Shown: in pieces, positions 1-11,333 of the stretch | How the letters are laid out: every line of letters begins with the position of its first letter | How positions within the stretch are numbered: the first letter of the stretch is position 1 | Source of the DNA: an uncultured delta proteobacterium | Lineage (GTDB): Bacteria > Desulfobacterota > BSN033 > UBA1163 | NCBI GenBank assembly: GCA_963708295.1 | Contig: CAVPSJ010000013.1 | Location: 96,001 to 160,000 of the forward strand | DNA: 64,000 nt | Direction of reading: 5' to 3' | Translations under genes and position numbers: made by a program | The notes under the pieces: model-generated | Told to the model about the DNA's origin: nothing | The model's input: only the letters and a program-made list of their open reading frames with translations | The model's database searches: none

Positions 1-1
1 G

Positions 2-640
<639 letters not shown>

Positions 641-647
641 AATAACA

Positions 648-795
648 AAGTCGAAGCACGAAATCCCTGCCATCGCGCAGGCAGGCGAAATTCGAAACAA
701 GCACGAATTTTTGAAATAAAAATTTCCAAAACGGAGAGTTTAAAGATTTGAACAGTTGAATTTGTTTCGGGATTCGATATTCGGATTTCGGATTT
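648..795. repeat. Intergenic bipartite palindromic repeat (CGAAAT-type arms) with a nested CCTGCC...GGCAGG unit
   Basis: Left arm cgaagcacgaaatc..cgaaattcgaaacaa; right arm ttgtttcgggattcgatattcggatttcggattt; related copies at 29118, 30818 and 48105. Confidence 0.8.
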
Positions 796-813
796 TTCTG
801 TAAGGGAGTGACC

Positions 814-2010
814 ATGGATTCTCAAACCTTGATGATGTTATCTGAACAGGTTGTGGCCAATACCTATGCCCGCTATCCCGTTGTTCTTGTCAGAGGGAAG
901 GGAACTCGGGTCTGGGATTTGGAAGGAGAAGAATACCTTGATTTTTTGTCAGGCCTGGCGGTCTGCAATTTAGGGCACTGCCATCCAAGAGTGGTCAAGA
1001 CCATTCAAGAACAAGCAGAGAAGTTGATTCATGTTTCAAACTTCTATTATATCGAACCGCAGATCCAACTCGCTTCGCTTCTATGTAAGCATTCCTTTGC
1101 GGATAAAGTCTTCTTCTGCAATAGCGGGGCCGAAGCCAACGAGGGAGCGATCAAATTGGCCCGGAAATATGCAAAAGAGAAGGTCGGGAAAGACCGGTAT
1201 GAAATCATCACCATGGAGCGTTCCTTTCACGGAAGAACTCTGGCGACCCTGACGGCAACGGGCCAAGAGAAGTTCCACAAAGGTTATGACCCTCTGATGC
1301 CCGGGTTTAGGTATGTTCCCTTCAACGACATCGGGGCAGTGAAACATGCCATCGGACCCGGAACGTGCGCTGTCATGGTGGAACCCATCCAGGGAGAGGG
1401 AGGGGTGAATTGCCCATCCGAAGGTTACCTGAAAGCCCTTCGGGAGATCTGTGACGAAAAGAAGCTCCTCCTCATCTTTGATGAAGTCCAGGTGGGAATG
1501 GGCCGGACCGGGAAGCTTTTCGCTTATGAGCACGAAAGGGTTGAACCGGATGTCCTTACGCTTGCAAAATCATTGGCAGGAGGAGTTCCTATCGGAGCTT
1601 TGTTGATCAAAAAGGGAGTTGCAGATAGTTTCAAGCCTGGGGATCATGCCTCCACCTTTGGGGGAAACCCCCTGGCCAGCGCAGCAGGTGTGGCCGCCTT
1701 GACGGCGATATTGGAAGAGGGGATGTTGGAAAATTGCCAAAAGATGGGAGACTACTTCTTCGCTGAGCTTGACAAGACGAAGAATAAGTTTCCTTTCATA
1801 AAAGAGGTTCGGGGGAAAGGTTTGATCTTGGGCATGGAACTGAAGATAGAGGGGGGGGCTATCGTTAAGGAGATGTTGAAGAAAAGAATTCTCATCAACT
1901 GCACAATGGGAAATGTTCTCCGGTTCCTCCCCCCTCTGATTGTCACCCAGGAAGAAGTCGACCGGGTCGTCACAGCATTGGAAGAAGTCTTAGAAGGGTT
2001 GAAGTTATGA
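814..2010 (+). CDS. argD: Acetylornithine aminotransferase (class III PLP)
   Basis: FCNSGAEANE, SFHGRT, EPIQGEGG, FDEVQVGMGRTG, LAKSLAGG and HASTFGGNPL motifs; AGGGAG RBS before ATG 814. Confidence 0.95.
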   Translation: MDSQTLMMLSEQVVANTYARYPVVLVRGKGTRVWDLEGEEYLDFLSGLAVCNLGHCHPRVVKTIQEQAEKLIHVSNFYYIEPQIQLASLLCKHSFADKVFFCNSGAEANEGAIKLARKYAKEKVGKDRYEIITMERSFHGRTLATLTATGQEKFHKGYDPLMPGFRYVPFNDIGAVKHAIGPGTCAVMVEPIQGEGGVNCPSEGYLKALREICDEKKLLLIFDEVQVGMGRTGKLFAYEHERVEPDVLTLAKSLAGGVPIGALLIKKGVADSFKPGDHASTFGGNPLASAAGVAALTAILEEGMLENCQKMGDYFFAELDKTKNKFPFIKEVRGKGLILGMELKIEGGAIVKEMLKKRILINCTMGNVLRFLPPLIVTQEEVDRVVTALEEVLEGLKL

Positions 2011-2073
2011 GTTCGGAGTTGAGAGTTCGGAGAAGAGAATTGACTCCGAACCCCGAGCTAATGACTCCGAACT
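2009..2073. repeat. Intergenic GAGTTCG/CTCCGAAC heptamer palindromic repeat
   Basis: gagttcggagttgagagttcggag ... ctccgaaccccgagc..ctccgaact; the same family occurs at ~3306-3402 and 52149-52206. Confidence 0.75.
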
Positions 2074-2100
2074 GAATTACCTTTCAACAAAGGAGGCAAC

Positions 2101-3306
2101 ATGAAAGGCGGGGTTAAGAAGGTCGTCCTGGCTTACTCCGGGGGTTTGGACACCTCGATCATTTTGAAATGGTTGAAAAATGAGTTCGGGTGTGAGGTCA
2201 TTGCTTTTACTGCCGACGTCGGACAGGCGGAAGAGATTGATCATTTAGAAGAAAAGGCGATTGCCACGGGTGCCAGTAAAGTCTACATCGAAGATCTGAG
2301 AGAGGAGTTCGTCCGGGATTACGTTTTTACAGCGATCAAGGCGAACGCCGTGTATGAAGGAACTTATCTCCTCGGCACGTCGATCGCCCGGCCTTTGATT
2401 GCCAAAAGGCAAGTGGAGATCGCCCAGTTAGAGGGGGCCGATGCGGTGTCCCATGGGTCCACGGGGAAGGGGAATGACCAAGTCCGGTTTGAATTGACAT
2501 ACTATGCCCTGAATCCTTACATCCGGGTGATCTCTCCCTGGAGGGAGTGGCAATATAAGTCGAGAGAGGATTTAATCGCCTATGCCCGAGAGAACGGGAT
2601 CCCCGTTCCTGTGACAAAGGAGAAACCCTATTCGTCCGACCGAAATCTCCTGCACATCAGCTTTGAAGGAGGGATTCTGGAGGACCCCTGGTCCGAACCC
2701 TCAGAGGATATGTTTATCCTCTCCGTTTCTCCGGAAAAGGCCCCGGACCGTCCCACCTATATTGAAATTGATTTCAAGAACGGGGTTCCGGAACGGATTG
2801 ACGGCAAGGCCCTTTCTCCGGCGGCCCTCCTGTCCCGTTTGAATGAACTGGGAGGTCGAAACGGAATCGGCCGGGTGGATATGGTGGAGAACCGCTATGT
2901 TGGAATGAAATCAAGAGGAGTCTATGAGACTCCGGGGGGGACTATCCTTCACGTCGCCCACCGAGCGATCGAATCGATCACGATGGACAGAGAGGTCATG
3001 CATCTCCGAGATAGCTGGATTCCGAAGATAGCGGAGATGATCTATTATGGGTACTGGTTTTCACCCGAGATGGAGATTTTGAAGAATGCAATCGATGAAA
3101 CGCAGAGGGACGTGACCGGGACGGTTCGCCTGAAGCTCTACAAAGGGAACTGTACGGTGGTCGGGAGGAAGTCTGAAAAATCGCTCTATCATGGGGCCTT
3201 TGCCACCTTTGAAAAAGATACCGTTTATAATCAGAAGGATGCCGAGGGATTTATCCGGCTTAATGCCTTAAGACTTCGAATCCGAAGGATGATGAGAGAT
3301 AAGTAA
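2101..3306 (+). CDS. argG: Argininosuccinate synthase
   Basis: [33 protein letters not shown] and [10 protein letters not shown] motifs; AGGAGG RBS. Confidence 0.98.
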   Translation: MKGGVKKVVLAYSGGLDTSIILKWLKNEFGCEVIAFTADVGQAEEIDHLEEKAIATGASKVYIEDLREEFVRDYVFTAIKANAVYEGTYLLGTSIARPLIAKRQVEIAQLEGADAVSHGSTGKGNDQVRFELTYYALNPYIRVISPWREWQYKSREDLIAYARENGIPVPVTKEKPYSSDRNLLHISFEGGILEDPWSEPSEDMFILSVSPEKAPDRPTYIEIDFKNGVPERIDGKALSPAALLSRLNELGGRNGIGRVDMVENRYVGMKSRGVYETPGGTILHVAHRAIESITMDREVMHLRDSWIPKIAEMIYYGYWFSPEMEILKNAIDETQRDVTGTVRLKLYKGNCTVVGRKSEKSLYHGAFATFEKDTVYNQKDAEGFIRLNALRLRIRRMMRDK

Positions 3307-3426
3307 GTTCGGAGTTGGGAGTAAAGAATAAGAAATGATCATTAGGAGATGAGAACTGGGAAGGTAGAGTTTCTCCGAGCTAAGACCGCCGAGTTTTGAG
3401 CTTCAAATTTAAGAAAGAGGAAAGGT

Positions 3427-6024
3427 ATGAAGGAACGTTATCAACCCAAAGAGATTGAAGAAAAGTGGCAAAAGATCTGGGAGAGCCAGAATCTCTTCAA
3501 AGTGACGGAAGATCCGAAAAAAGAAAAGTACTACCTACTTGAGATGTTTCCCTATCCCTCTGGCAAAATCCACATGGGCCATGTTCGTAATTATTCCATC
3601 GGCGATGTGGTCGCCCGGTATAAGAAGATGAAGGGTTTTAATGTCCTTCACCCGATGGGATGGGATGCCTTTGGCATGCCCGCTGAAAACGCGGCCATTG
3701 AACGCGGCGTTCATCCTGCAAAATGGACGTATGAAAATATCGATACCATGCGGAAACAGTTGAAGCGGATGGGCTTCAGCTATGATTGGGAACGGGAATT
3801 TGCCACTTGCGATGTTTCCTACTACAAGTGGGAACAACTCTTTTTCCTAAAGATGTTCGAAAAAGGTTTGGCTTACAAGAGGAGGTCCTTTGTCAATTGG
3901 TGCGAGATCTGCCAGACCGTTTTAGCCAATGAGCAGGTGATGAGCGACGGGACCTGCTGGCGCGGCCATGCCGATGATCCGGGTGTCACACAGAAAGAAT
4001 TGGATCAATGGTTCTTCAAAATCACAGGATACGCAGAAGAACTTCTGGCGGGGTGCGATCAACTGAGCGGATGGCCCGAACGGGTTCTGACCATGCAGCG
4101 CAACTGGATTGGAAAGTCGATCGGCGCTGAGATTCATTTTCCTTTGATGAATTCGAAAGAATTCATCAAGATTTTCACCACGCGGCAGGATACTGTTTTT
4201 GGCGCAACCTTCATGAGCCTGGCACCCGAACATCCCCTCGCGCTGAGCCTGTCAAAGGGGACTCCACAGGAGCAGGCCGTGGGAGAATTCGTCGAGCGGA
4301 TGCGACGGCAGGATAAAATAAAGAGAACGGCTGAGACGACGGAGAAAGAGGGTGTTTTTACGGGGGCTTATTGCCTGAATCCTATGACCAAAGCCAGAAT
4401 GCCCATCTTCGTTGCCAATTTTGTCTTGATGGAATATGGGACAGGGGCGGTGATGGCGGTGCCAACCCACGACCAGAGGGACTTTGAGTTTGCAAAAAAA
4501 TTTGGACTGTCCTTGATCGTTGTGGTTCAACCGGAGGATCGGAAATTAGATGCGGATAAGATGACGGAAGCCTATGAAGGAGAGGGTTCGCTGGTCAACT
4601 CCGGCCAATTCAATGGCGTGTACAGTGTCAAAGCAAGGGAGATGATCGCCCAGTATCTTGACGAAAAGGGGCTGGGCGGGAAAAGAATCACTTACCGGTT
4701 GAGGGATTGGGGGATATCGAGACAGCGATATTGGGGAGCACCCATTCCCATTATTTACTGCAACCGATGCGGAACCGTGCCCGTTCCTGAAAAAGACCTT
4801 CCGGTCGTCCTCCCTTTCAATGTGGAGATCACGGGGTTGGGCAAGTCGCCTCTTTCCGGGTTAAAAGAGTTTGTGGAGGCCCGATGTCCTCAATGTGGTG
4901 AACCCGGGAAAAGAGAGACAGACACCATGGACACCTTCGTCGAATCCTCATGGTATTTTGATCGGTTTGCATGCCCCGACTACGACAAAGGTCCTTTGGA
5001 CAAGAAGCGGGTGGATTACTGGATGCCTGTGGATCAATACATCGGGGGGATTGAGCATGCGATCCTTCATCTCCTCTATTCCCGATTTTTTACTCGAGTT
5101 TTAAGGGAGATGGGATGGGTCGGCGTGGATGAACCCTTCACAAACCTTCTGACCCAAGGGATGGTTTGCAAGGAGGTCTACGAATGCCCGAAGGACGGCT
5201 ACCTCTATCCGGAAGAGGTGGAAGAGCCGGGCGAGACGATTCGCTGCCGGAAGTGCGGCAGTCCGGTTTCTATCGGAAGGATCGAGAAGATGTCCAAGTC
5301 GAAGAAGAACGTGGTGGACCCCGAATACTTGATCGAGAAATACGGCGCGGATACGGCCAGAATGTTTTGCCTCTTCGCCTCCCCGCCGGAGAAGGATCTG
5401 GATTGGAGCGACCAAGGGGTGGAGGGATCCGCCCGTTTCCTCAATCGGGTGTGGAGGCTCTTCGACGAGCAACATCTTCGCCTTCAAAAGGTAAGACCCT
5501 TTCCTTTCGGAGCAGCCCTTGAAGGAGAGCATAAGTCTTTGCGACAAAGGATCCACAAGACGATCAAAAAGGTGACCGAAGATATAGAGCGATTCCATTT
5601 CAACACCGCCATCAGTGCCGTCATGGAATTGGTGAACGAGGTCTATGTCTCAGAGGTGAAAGACCGGACGGACGAGATTTCGGAGAGGGTGATACGCGAG
5701 TCGCTTGAGGCAGTGGTCGTTTTACTGTCTCCCTTTGTTCCTCACTTTGCAGAAGAACTCTGGGAGGCTTTAGGGAACCGGGAATCGATCATCAAAACCC
5801 GATGGCCCGAATACGACCCGGAAGGGGTCTTGGAAGAGGAAATATTGATCGTCATTCAGGTCAACGGGAAATTGAGGGATCGGATGACCATCCCTGTGTC
5901 GTACGGAGAGGAGGAAGTAAAAGCCTGGGCATTGAAGAGTGAGAGAATTCGGAAATTGGTTGAAGGCAAGGAGATCAAACGGGTGATCCTCGTACCCAAG
6001 AAACTCGTCAATATCGTGTGTTGA
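3427..6024 (+). CDS. leuS: Leucine--tRNA ligase
   Basis: MFPYPSG.IHMGH (HIGH motif), KMSKS, CP1 editing motif [15 protein letters not shown], and C-terminal QVNGKLR. Confidence 0.98.
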   Translation: MKERYQPKEIEEKWQKIWESQNLFKVTEDPKKEKYYLLEMFPYPSGKIHMGHVRNYSIGDVVARYKKMKGFNVLHPMGWDAFGMPAENAAIERGVHPAKWTYENIDTMRKQLKRMGFSYDWEREFATCDVSYYKWEQLFFLKMFEKGLAYKRRSFVNWCEICQTVLANEQVMSDGTCWRGHADDPGVTQKELDQWFFKITGYAEELLAGCDQLSGWPERVLTMQRNWIGKSIGAEIHFPLMNSKEFIKIFTTRQDTVFGATFMSLAPEHPLALSLSKGTPQEQAVGEFVERMRRQDKIKRTAETTEKEGVFTGAYCLNPMTKARMPIFVANFVLMEYGTGAVMAVPTHDQRDFEFAKKFGLSLIVVVQPEDRKLDADKMTEAYEGEGSLVNSGQFNGVYSVKAREMIAQYLDEKGLGGKRITYRLRDWGISRQRYWGAPIPIIYCNRCGTVPVPEKDLPVVLPFNVEITGLGKSPLSGLKEFVEARCPQCGEPGKRETDTMDTFVESSWYFDRFACPDYDKGPLDKKRVDYWMPVDQYIGGIEHAILHLLYSRFFTRVLREMGWVGVDEPFTNLLTQGMVCKEVYECPKDGYLYPEEVEEPGETIRCRKCGSPVSIGRIEKMSKSKKNVVDPEYLIEKYGADTARMFCLFASPPEKDLDWSDQGVEGSARFLNRVWRLFDEQHLRLQKVRPFPFGAALEGEHKSLRQRIHKTIKKVTEDIERFHFNTAISAVMELVNEVYVSEVKDRTDEISERVIRESLEAVVVLLSPFVPHFAEELWEALGNRESIIKTRWPEYDPEGVLEEEILIVIQVNGKLRDRMTIPVSYGEEEVKAWALKSERIRKLVEGKEIKRVILVPKKLVNIVC

Positions 6025-6034
6025 TCGGAAAACA

Positions 6035-6315
6035 AAATGCGGAATGTGGAATTCGGAATTCGGAATTTAAATTCGCAATCATCCAGCACTGATAGATTGA
6101 AAAGAAATGTCCCTTCAATGTCACTCCTGCGAAAGCGGGAGTCCAGAAGTTCAAGGGACGAGGTTCTCCACATCAAGTGCGGAGTGTACCTGGCGAAGTT
6201 TATCCCGTTGAAGAAGGGCGTAGAAATGACATCCCGGAGTCCGAGGGGGGATTTCCAGTGGCCAGCGAATCTCATTGTAAAAAGACCCCGTATTCCGCGC
6301 TCCGCATTCCGAAAT
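6035..6315. repeat. GGAATKY/ATTCCG heptamer repeat arms enclosing a REP-like GTCACTCCTGCGAAAGCGGGAGTCCAG unit (6120-6146)
   Basis: aatgcggaatgtggaattcggaattcggaatt ... attccgcgctccgcattccgaaat read directly from the sequence. Confidence 0.75.
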
Positions 6316-6819
6316 TACGCTAACGTACTATTCATCCTATGCATGCTGCTCCTCACAGCCTGTGGCTACCAGATGGTGGGGAAGGAGACACATGTCCCCC
6401 CTGGGCTGAGTTCCGTCGCCATCCCCACCTTCAAGAATCGCACCTATGAACCTGGAATCGAGGTTCCTTTTACCCAGGCCTTTTTGAGGGAGTTCATCCT
6501 GGATCGAAGAGTCAACGTCGTGGACCGGGCGCAGGCGGACTCCCTGTTGGAAGGGGTCATAAAGGATTTTAGGTTCTACTCGGTTTCCTACGACCAATCT
6601 GGCTTCGTCTTGGAATATCAAACCATTGTCGTGCTCGACGTGACTCTGAAGGACCGGGAAGGGAAGGTTCTCTGGGAGCAGAGAAATTTTTCAGAAACCC
6701 AATGGTTTCGGGCTTCTTCGGGCGTTCTGACCAACGAAGCGAACAAGGCCGCTGCGGTTCAACGGATCGGAAAGCTTGTAGCAGGACGGCTTCGAAATCG
6801 TTTCTTTTATAATTTTTGA
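6226..6819 (+). CDS. lptE: LPS-assembly lipoprotein LptE (start uncertain; ORF open from 6037)
   Basis: Lipobox LLTA|CGY with Cys codon at 6361; VAIPTFKNRT.EPGIE motif; conserved position right after leuS. Confidence 0.85.
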   Translation: MTSRSPRGDFQWPANLIVKRPRIPRSAFRNYANVLFILCMLLLTACGYQMVGKETHVPPGLSSVAIPTFKNRTYEPGIEVPFTQAFLREFILDRRVNVVDRAQADSLLEGVIKDFRFYSVSYDQSGFVLEYQTIVVLDVTLKDREGKVLWEQRNFSETQWFRASSGVLTNEANKAAAVQRIGKLVAGRLRNRFFYNF

Positions 6820-7035
6820 CCGGAGAGTGCCCCCCGGTCAAAACAGTATACCATAGGGTAAGGGGCACCGTTAAGAGGGTATTTCCTCTCCATGAGACCC
6901 CGGCGTGCCTGCCCCGTGCTGATGGGGTGACCGTGGAGCTTCACAAAATAAAACGTTTTCCTCCGCCCCTGCCTGCAGCAGGCAGGCCCGCCTTCCCTTG
7001 GAGGGAAGCAAAGGAGGAGGAAGGGAAAATCATCT

Positions 7036-7599
7036 ATGTACTCCGCTTCAGATTTAAGAAAGGGATTGAAAGTCATCATTGATGGGGAACCCTACGTGGT
7101 GACGGTATTTGATTTTTCGAAGCCCGGAAAGGGTCAAGCCCTCTATCGGACGAAACTGAAGAATATGATCACGGGCCTGAGCATTGATCGAACGTATCGT
7201 GAGGGAGAAACCTTCGAACCCGCTTCTCTTGAAGAACGAGCCATGCAGTTTCTTTACAGGGAGGGCGAGCACTTTCACTTCATGGATAACGAAACCTACG
7301 AACAGATCATCGTCAGCGAGGAATCACTGGAGGATGCCAAGAATTTTCTTATTGACAATTTAAATGTGAAAGTCCTGTTATTCGGAGACAGAGCGATCGG
7401 CGTCGAGCTGCCGAACTTCGTCAATCTCAGGGTGGTGAAGACGGATCCCTGGATGAGAGGGGATACCTCGAAGGCGGATTTTAAGCCGGCTACGTTGGAA
7501 ACCGGCTATGAACTTCGCGTCCCTCCGTTTATCGAAGAAGGTGAACTGATCACTATTGATACCCGAACCGGTGAATTTTCGAAAAGAGTCAAGGAATAA
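7036..7599 (+). CDS. efp: Translation elongation factor P
   Basis: KPGKG loop, KPATLETG and VPPFIEEGE.I.IDTRTG motifs. Confidence 0.97.
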   Translation: MYSASDLRKGLKVIIDGEPYVVTVFDFSKPGKGQALYRTKLKNMITGLSIDRTYREGETFEPASLEERAMQFLYREGEHFHFMDNETYEQIIVSEESLEDAKNFLIDNLNVKVLLFGDRAIGVELPNFVNLRVVKTDPWMRGDTSKADFKPATLETGYELRVPPFIEEGELITIDTRTGEFSKRVKE

Positions 7600-7625
7600 T
7601 TAAACCCTGTTCGAATTGTTCAAAA

Positions 7626-7651
7626 TGGAATCCCGCTGTAGCGGGATTCCA
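7626..7651. terminator. Perfect hairpin after efp (terminator or REP-like unit)
   Basis: TGGAATCCCGC-TGTA-GCGGGATTCCA, an 11-bp stem; no clear U-tract. Confidence 0.4.
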
Positions 7652-7700
7652 AGAAGTTATTTCTGGCGGGTAAACGGCGGTTGGGAGCATATTTCGCGGA

Positions 7701-8657
7701 ATGGGCGGGTCGAACCTGGGGCAGGGACACAGACACGATAGTCCTCCGATCCTGGCAAGACGTAAAAAGGCTCTTGAACAAAGGGCACACATCCTGCAGG
7801 GGATCAGGCAGTTCTTTGTTAAAAGAGGTTACCTGGAAGTAGAGACTCCGCACCGAATACCGACCCCCGCACCCGAATCTCATATTGATGCGGTTCCCTC
7901 CCTGACGTGGTTCCTTCATACCTCTCCAGAACTTTGCATGAAGCGAATGATGGCGGCGGGATATGACAAGATTTTTCAAATCTGCCGGTGCTGGAGAGAA
8001 CGGGAGCGAGGGAGTCTGCACCTTCCGGAGTTTACCCTTGTAGAATGGTACAGGGCAGGGGGGGATTACCGCTCGTTGATGGATGAATGTGAAGAGATGA
8101 TCTGCTTTATGGCTCAGGTTACCGGCATGGGGAGGACCCTTCATTTCCGGGACGGTGAGATCGACCTATCACCTCCATGGGATCGGATTTCTGTCTTTGA
8201 AGCGTTTCAGCATGATGCTCGCGCGACGTTAGCCGAGGCACTGGAGAAAGATCTTTTTGATGAAATCATGGTTCAGGAGATTGAGCCGAAATTGGGTCTG
8301 AGAAAACCGACGTTTCTGTATGATTACCCCGCGGAACGCGGAGCGCTGGCCCGGTTGAAGAATGAAGATCCGGCGGTTGCTGAACGTTTTGAGCTCTATA
8401 TGGGGGGGGTGGAATTGGCCAACGGCTTCTCGGAATTGGTTGATTCTGAAGAGCAGCGAAGACGCTTCACCGTAGAAAACGAAAACCGTCAAGCCCGCGG
8501 CAAACCCATCTATTCCATGCCCGATCGATTTTTGGCCGAATTGCAGGGTATGCCTCCGGCGGCCGGCATCGCGTTAGGCGTGGACCGGCTGGTGATGGTT
8601 TTTTCGGATGCCAGGACCATTGATGAGGTAGTGGCGTTTACGCCTGAGGAACTTTAG
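7701..8657 (+). CDS. epmA: EF-P lysine aminoacylase (GenX/PoxA)
   Basis: LysRS-like catalytic domain without the anticodon domain: LEVETP, LHTSPELCMKR, H.PEFTLVEWY, ERFELY, ELANGFSEL and GIALGVDRL; adjacent to efp. Confidence 0.93.
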   Translation: MGGSNLGQGHRHDSPPILARRKKALEQRAHILQGIRQFFVKRGYLEVETPHRIPTPAPESHIDAVPSLTWFLHTSPELCMKRMMAAGYDKIFQICRCWRERERGSLHLPEFTLVEWYRAGGDYRSLMDECEEMICFMAQVTGMGRTLHFRDGEIDLSPPWDRISVFEAFQHDARATLAEALEKDLFDEIMVQEIEPKLGLRKPTFLYDYPAERGALARLKNEDPAVAERFELYMGGVELANGFSELVDSEEQRRRFTVENENRQARGKPIYSMPDRFLAELQGMPPAAGIALGVDRLVMVFSDARTIDEVVAFTPEEL

Positions 8658-8658
8658 T

Positions 8659-8858
8659 GGGCTGCTGAAAAACCCCATCTGCGGTGTGGCCCCTGCCTAT
8701 TGGTTGACAGGCAGGTCCTTCGTCATTGCGGCGTACGTACAAGTACGCCTCAGGCCGACTCACCAACTCGTCGGCGTGGCAAGAAGTCGCTCCTTATTCG
8801 TCGCGACGCCACTCTCAGGATCTCGGGCGCCTTGCATCTGGGCATTTTTTAGCAGCCC
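8659..8858. mobile_element. MITE-like non-autonomous element (~200 bp)
   Basis: Terminal inverted repeats GGGCTGCTGAAAAA / TTTTTAGCAGCCC; internal CATCTG motifs near both ends; no transposase ORF. Confidence 0.65.
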
Positions 8859-8927
8859 GCGTAAGATGATTTTTTCAGCAAACCACAGGAAACTGCACCC
8901 TCACTGTTAGGGAGAGCAAGAGGGTTT

Positions 8928-10100
8928 ATGTCTTTTTGGACAGAAAAAAGTAAAATTGTCGTTACCTGCGCGAAAGGCGTGACGCCTTTCTTAAAACAGG
9001 AGGTCCTTTCCTTAGGATTCTCAGTCCTCTCGGAGGGAAGGGCGGAGGTTGAGACAGAGGGGACGATGACGGACACGCTGAGGCTCAACCTGTCGATTCG
9101 AACGGGGCAGCGGGTTCTTTTCCTAGTTGATTCTTTCAATGTGAAGACTCCGGACGAACTATACCGAAGGATCTCGCGAATCAAATGGGAAGATTATATT
9201 CCAGAGGAGAGCTATTTCTCTGTGACATCTTCCGTCCATAATCCGACCATCAAAGATTCAAGATATCCGAATGTGAAATGCAAGGATGCGGTGGTGGACA
9301 GGATTAAAGATAAGCGGGGACGCAGGCCGGATACCGGTCCGGAAAGAGACAGGGCCGTAATTCATCTTTACTGGAGGGGAAATCTCGGCCAGGTATATCT
9401 GGATACCTCCGGGGAACCCCTTTCGAAGCGCGGATATCGAATGATTCCTCTGAAGGCACCGATGCAGGAGACCCTTGCAGCGGCAGTGGTTTTGGCAACC
9501 GGCTGGACGGGAAGCGGGAATTTTATCAATCCGATGTGCGGGAGCGGGACGCTTGCCATAGAGGCAGCATTGATCGGTCTCGGCAGGGCTCCGGGTTTAT
9601 TAAGAAGCAATTTTGGTTTCATGCATCTGAAAGGTTTTGACGAATCCTCCTGGAAAGCCCTTCGAAGGAAGGCAAGGGCAGAGGCCAAGGATAGGCTAGA
9701 CGGAAGAATGATTGCTACGGATATCAGCCAGCAGGCGGTTGAGGCGGCCAAGAAGAATGCCATGACAGCAGGGGTCGAACGATTCGTCGAGTTTGGTGTT
9801 TGTGATTTTTCGGAAACCCCCGTCCCGGATCAAGGAGGAGTGGTCGTCCTGAATCCCGAATACGGAGACCGGATGGGTGAAATCGGAGGGCTGGCAGGGA
9901 CCTACCGGGGGATTGGGGATTTTCTCAAAAAGAAATGTCATGACTATCGGGGGTATGTATTTACCGGTAATCTCGACCTGGCCAAAAAAGTGGGGTTGAG
10001 GACAAAAAGAAGAATTCTTTTTTACAACGGCCCCATTGAGTGTCGACTGTTGGAGTACGATTTGTATGAAGGGAGTCGAAAAGGAGTATTGCAAACTTAG
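8928..10100 (+). CDS. THUMP-domain class I SAM-dependent RNA methyltransferase (RlmL/YpsC-like)
   Basis: LDTSGEPLSKRGYR, APMQETLAAA, NPMCGSGT and NPEYG.R motifs. Confidence 0.9.
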   Translation: MSFWTEKSKIVVTCAKGVTPFLKQEVLSLGFSVLSEGRAEVETEGTMTDTLRLNLSIRTGQRVLFLVDSFNVKTPDELYRRISRIKWEDYIPEESYFSVTSSVHNPTIKDSRYPNVKCKDAVVDRIKDKRGRRPDTGPERDRAVIHLYWRGNLGQVYLDTSGEPLSKRGYRMIPLKAPMQETLAAAVVLATGWTGSGNFINPMCGSGTLAIEAALIGLGRAPGLLRSNFGFMHLKGFDESSWKALRRKARAEAKDRLDGRMIATDISQQAVEAAKKNAMTAGVERFVEFGVCDFSETPVPDQGGVVVLNPEYGDRMGEIGGLAGTYRGIGDFLKKKCHDYRGYVFTGNLDLAKKVGLRTKRRILFYNGPIECRLLEYDLYEGSRKGVLQT

Positions 10101-10251
10101 CATTGCAAAGTTAGCATTGTGCCTGAACCCGAACACTGTCTGGGAGTTTCTGGTTTCCTGCCTTCTCAGGAATGACACCGTAAGAAATGAATGATTTCAA
10201 TTTAAAGTGCTAAATGCTAATTCTCCAATTTGCAGTGGTTTTTGAGGGAAG

Positions 10252-11298
10252 ATGAAGGTTCGGTCGGATATCTATCCTGTCTATTTTCTTTACGGGCCTG
10301 AAGATTACCTCATTGAAGAGGAGATCCAGAAGCTGTTGAACCAGACTCTTTCCCTAAAGGAGAGAGGATTAAACTTCCACCTCTTCGGCGGAGAAGAACA
10401 CAGCGACCAGGAGATCGTCCAGGCCGCTCAAACGCTGCCGATGTTTTCTCAACACCGGTTTGTTCTCGTCCGGGAAGCGGATCGTATGGAAGAGGAGAAA
10501 GTGGAAGGGTTGACGGAATATATCACCAACCCCTCCCCGAGTACCTGTCTCGTCCTTTATGGTCAAACAATGGGCTCCTGGAAGAAACACAGGAAAGAGA
10601 TCGAAAAGGTAGGGAAAGTGGAGGAATACTCCCGGTTGAAAGGTAGAGCATTAGTTTCCTGGATGAAGAATCGGATGAAGGAAAAGGGAAAGGCCCTTTC
10701 GGATGAGCCTGCGGACTATTTGGCCGAGGTCGTGGGGGACCATCTCTACGATCTCGACAATGTTCTGGAAAAAGTTTTTTTGAGTGTTGGGGAGAAAGGA
10801 ACGGTCGGGCTTTCCGATTTAGAAGAGATGACTTCAGAGGTCAAAGTCAGCACAGTCTTCGATTTAACAGATGCGATCGGTCGCCAAAATCTGGACAAAG
10901 CCCTCGAAATCTTGGGAAGAACCATGGAGTCAAAGGCCGTCGTGTTCAGGAAAGAAGAACAAGGGTCGAAGTCTGGTGACCCGACCCCTGTCCTCTTGAG
11001 CATGATGGCGAAGCAATACTGGAGTATGTTGACCGTCAAAGAGATGAGTTCTCACCATAAGGATACGGGGGAGATAGCTAAAGAACTGGGAACGCCACCG
11101 TGGACTATAAAGAAATTGATGGATCAGGGGAAGAATTTTTCTGAGGCTTCACTCCGGGAAGGAATTTTAAAGTGTCATCAAACCGATTTAGCCGTCAAGA
11201 GGAGCCAGGGCCCCAAGGACCTTCTGATGGAGAAATTGGTGATCGACCTTTGCCGGCCGGAAGCCCCTAAAAATCCGCTGCCACTCGGGCAAAGGTGA
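10252..11298 (+). CDS. holA: DNA polymerase III delta subunit
   Basis: PVYFLYGPEDYLI, TLPMFS..R.VLV, VFDLTDAI and DLAVK motifs; leuS-lptE...holA-rpsT synteny. Confidence 0.92.
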   Translation: MKVRSDIYPVYFLYGPEDYLIEEEIQKLLNQTLSLKERGLNFHLFGGEEHSDQEIVQAAQTLPMFSQHRFVLVREADRMEEEKVEGLTEYITNPSPSTCLVLYGQTMGSWKKHRKEIEKVGKVEEYSRLKGRALVSWMKNRMKEKGKALSDEPADYLAEVVGDHLYDLDNVLEKVFLSVGEKGTVGLSDLEEMTSEVKVSTVFDLTDAIGRQNLDKALEILGRTMESKAVVFRKEEQGSKSGDPTPVLLSMMAKQYWSMLTVKEMSSHHKDTGEIAKELGTPPWTIKKLMDQGKNFSEASLREGILKCHQTDLAVKRSQGPKDLLMEKLVIDLCRPEAPKNPLPLGQR

Positions 11299-11333
11299 CC
11301 GATGACAGGGGGACGTATACTCTCGACAAGAAG

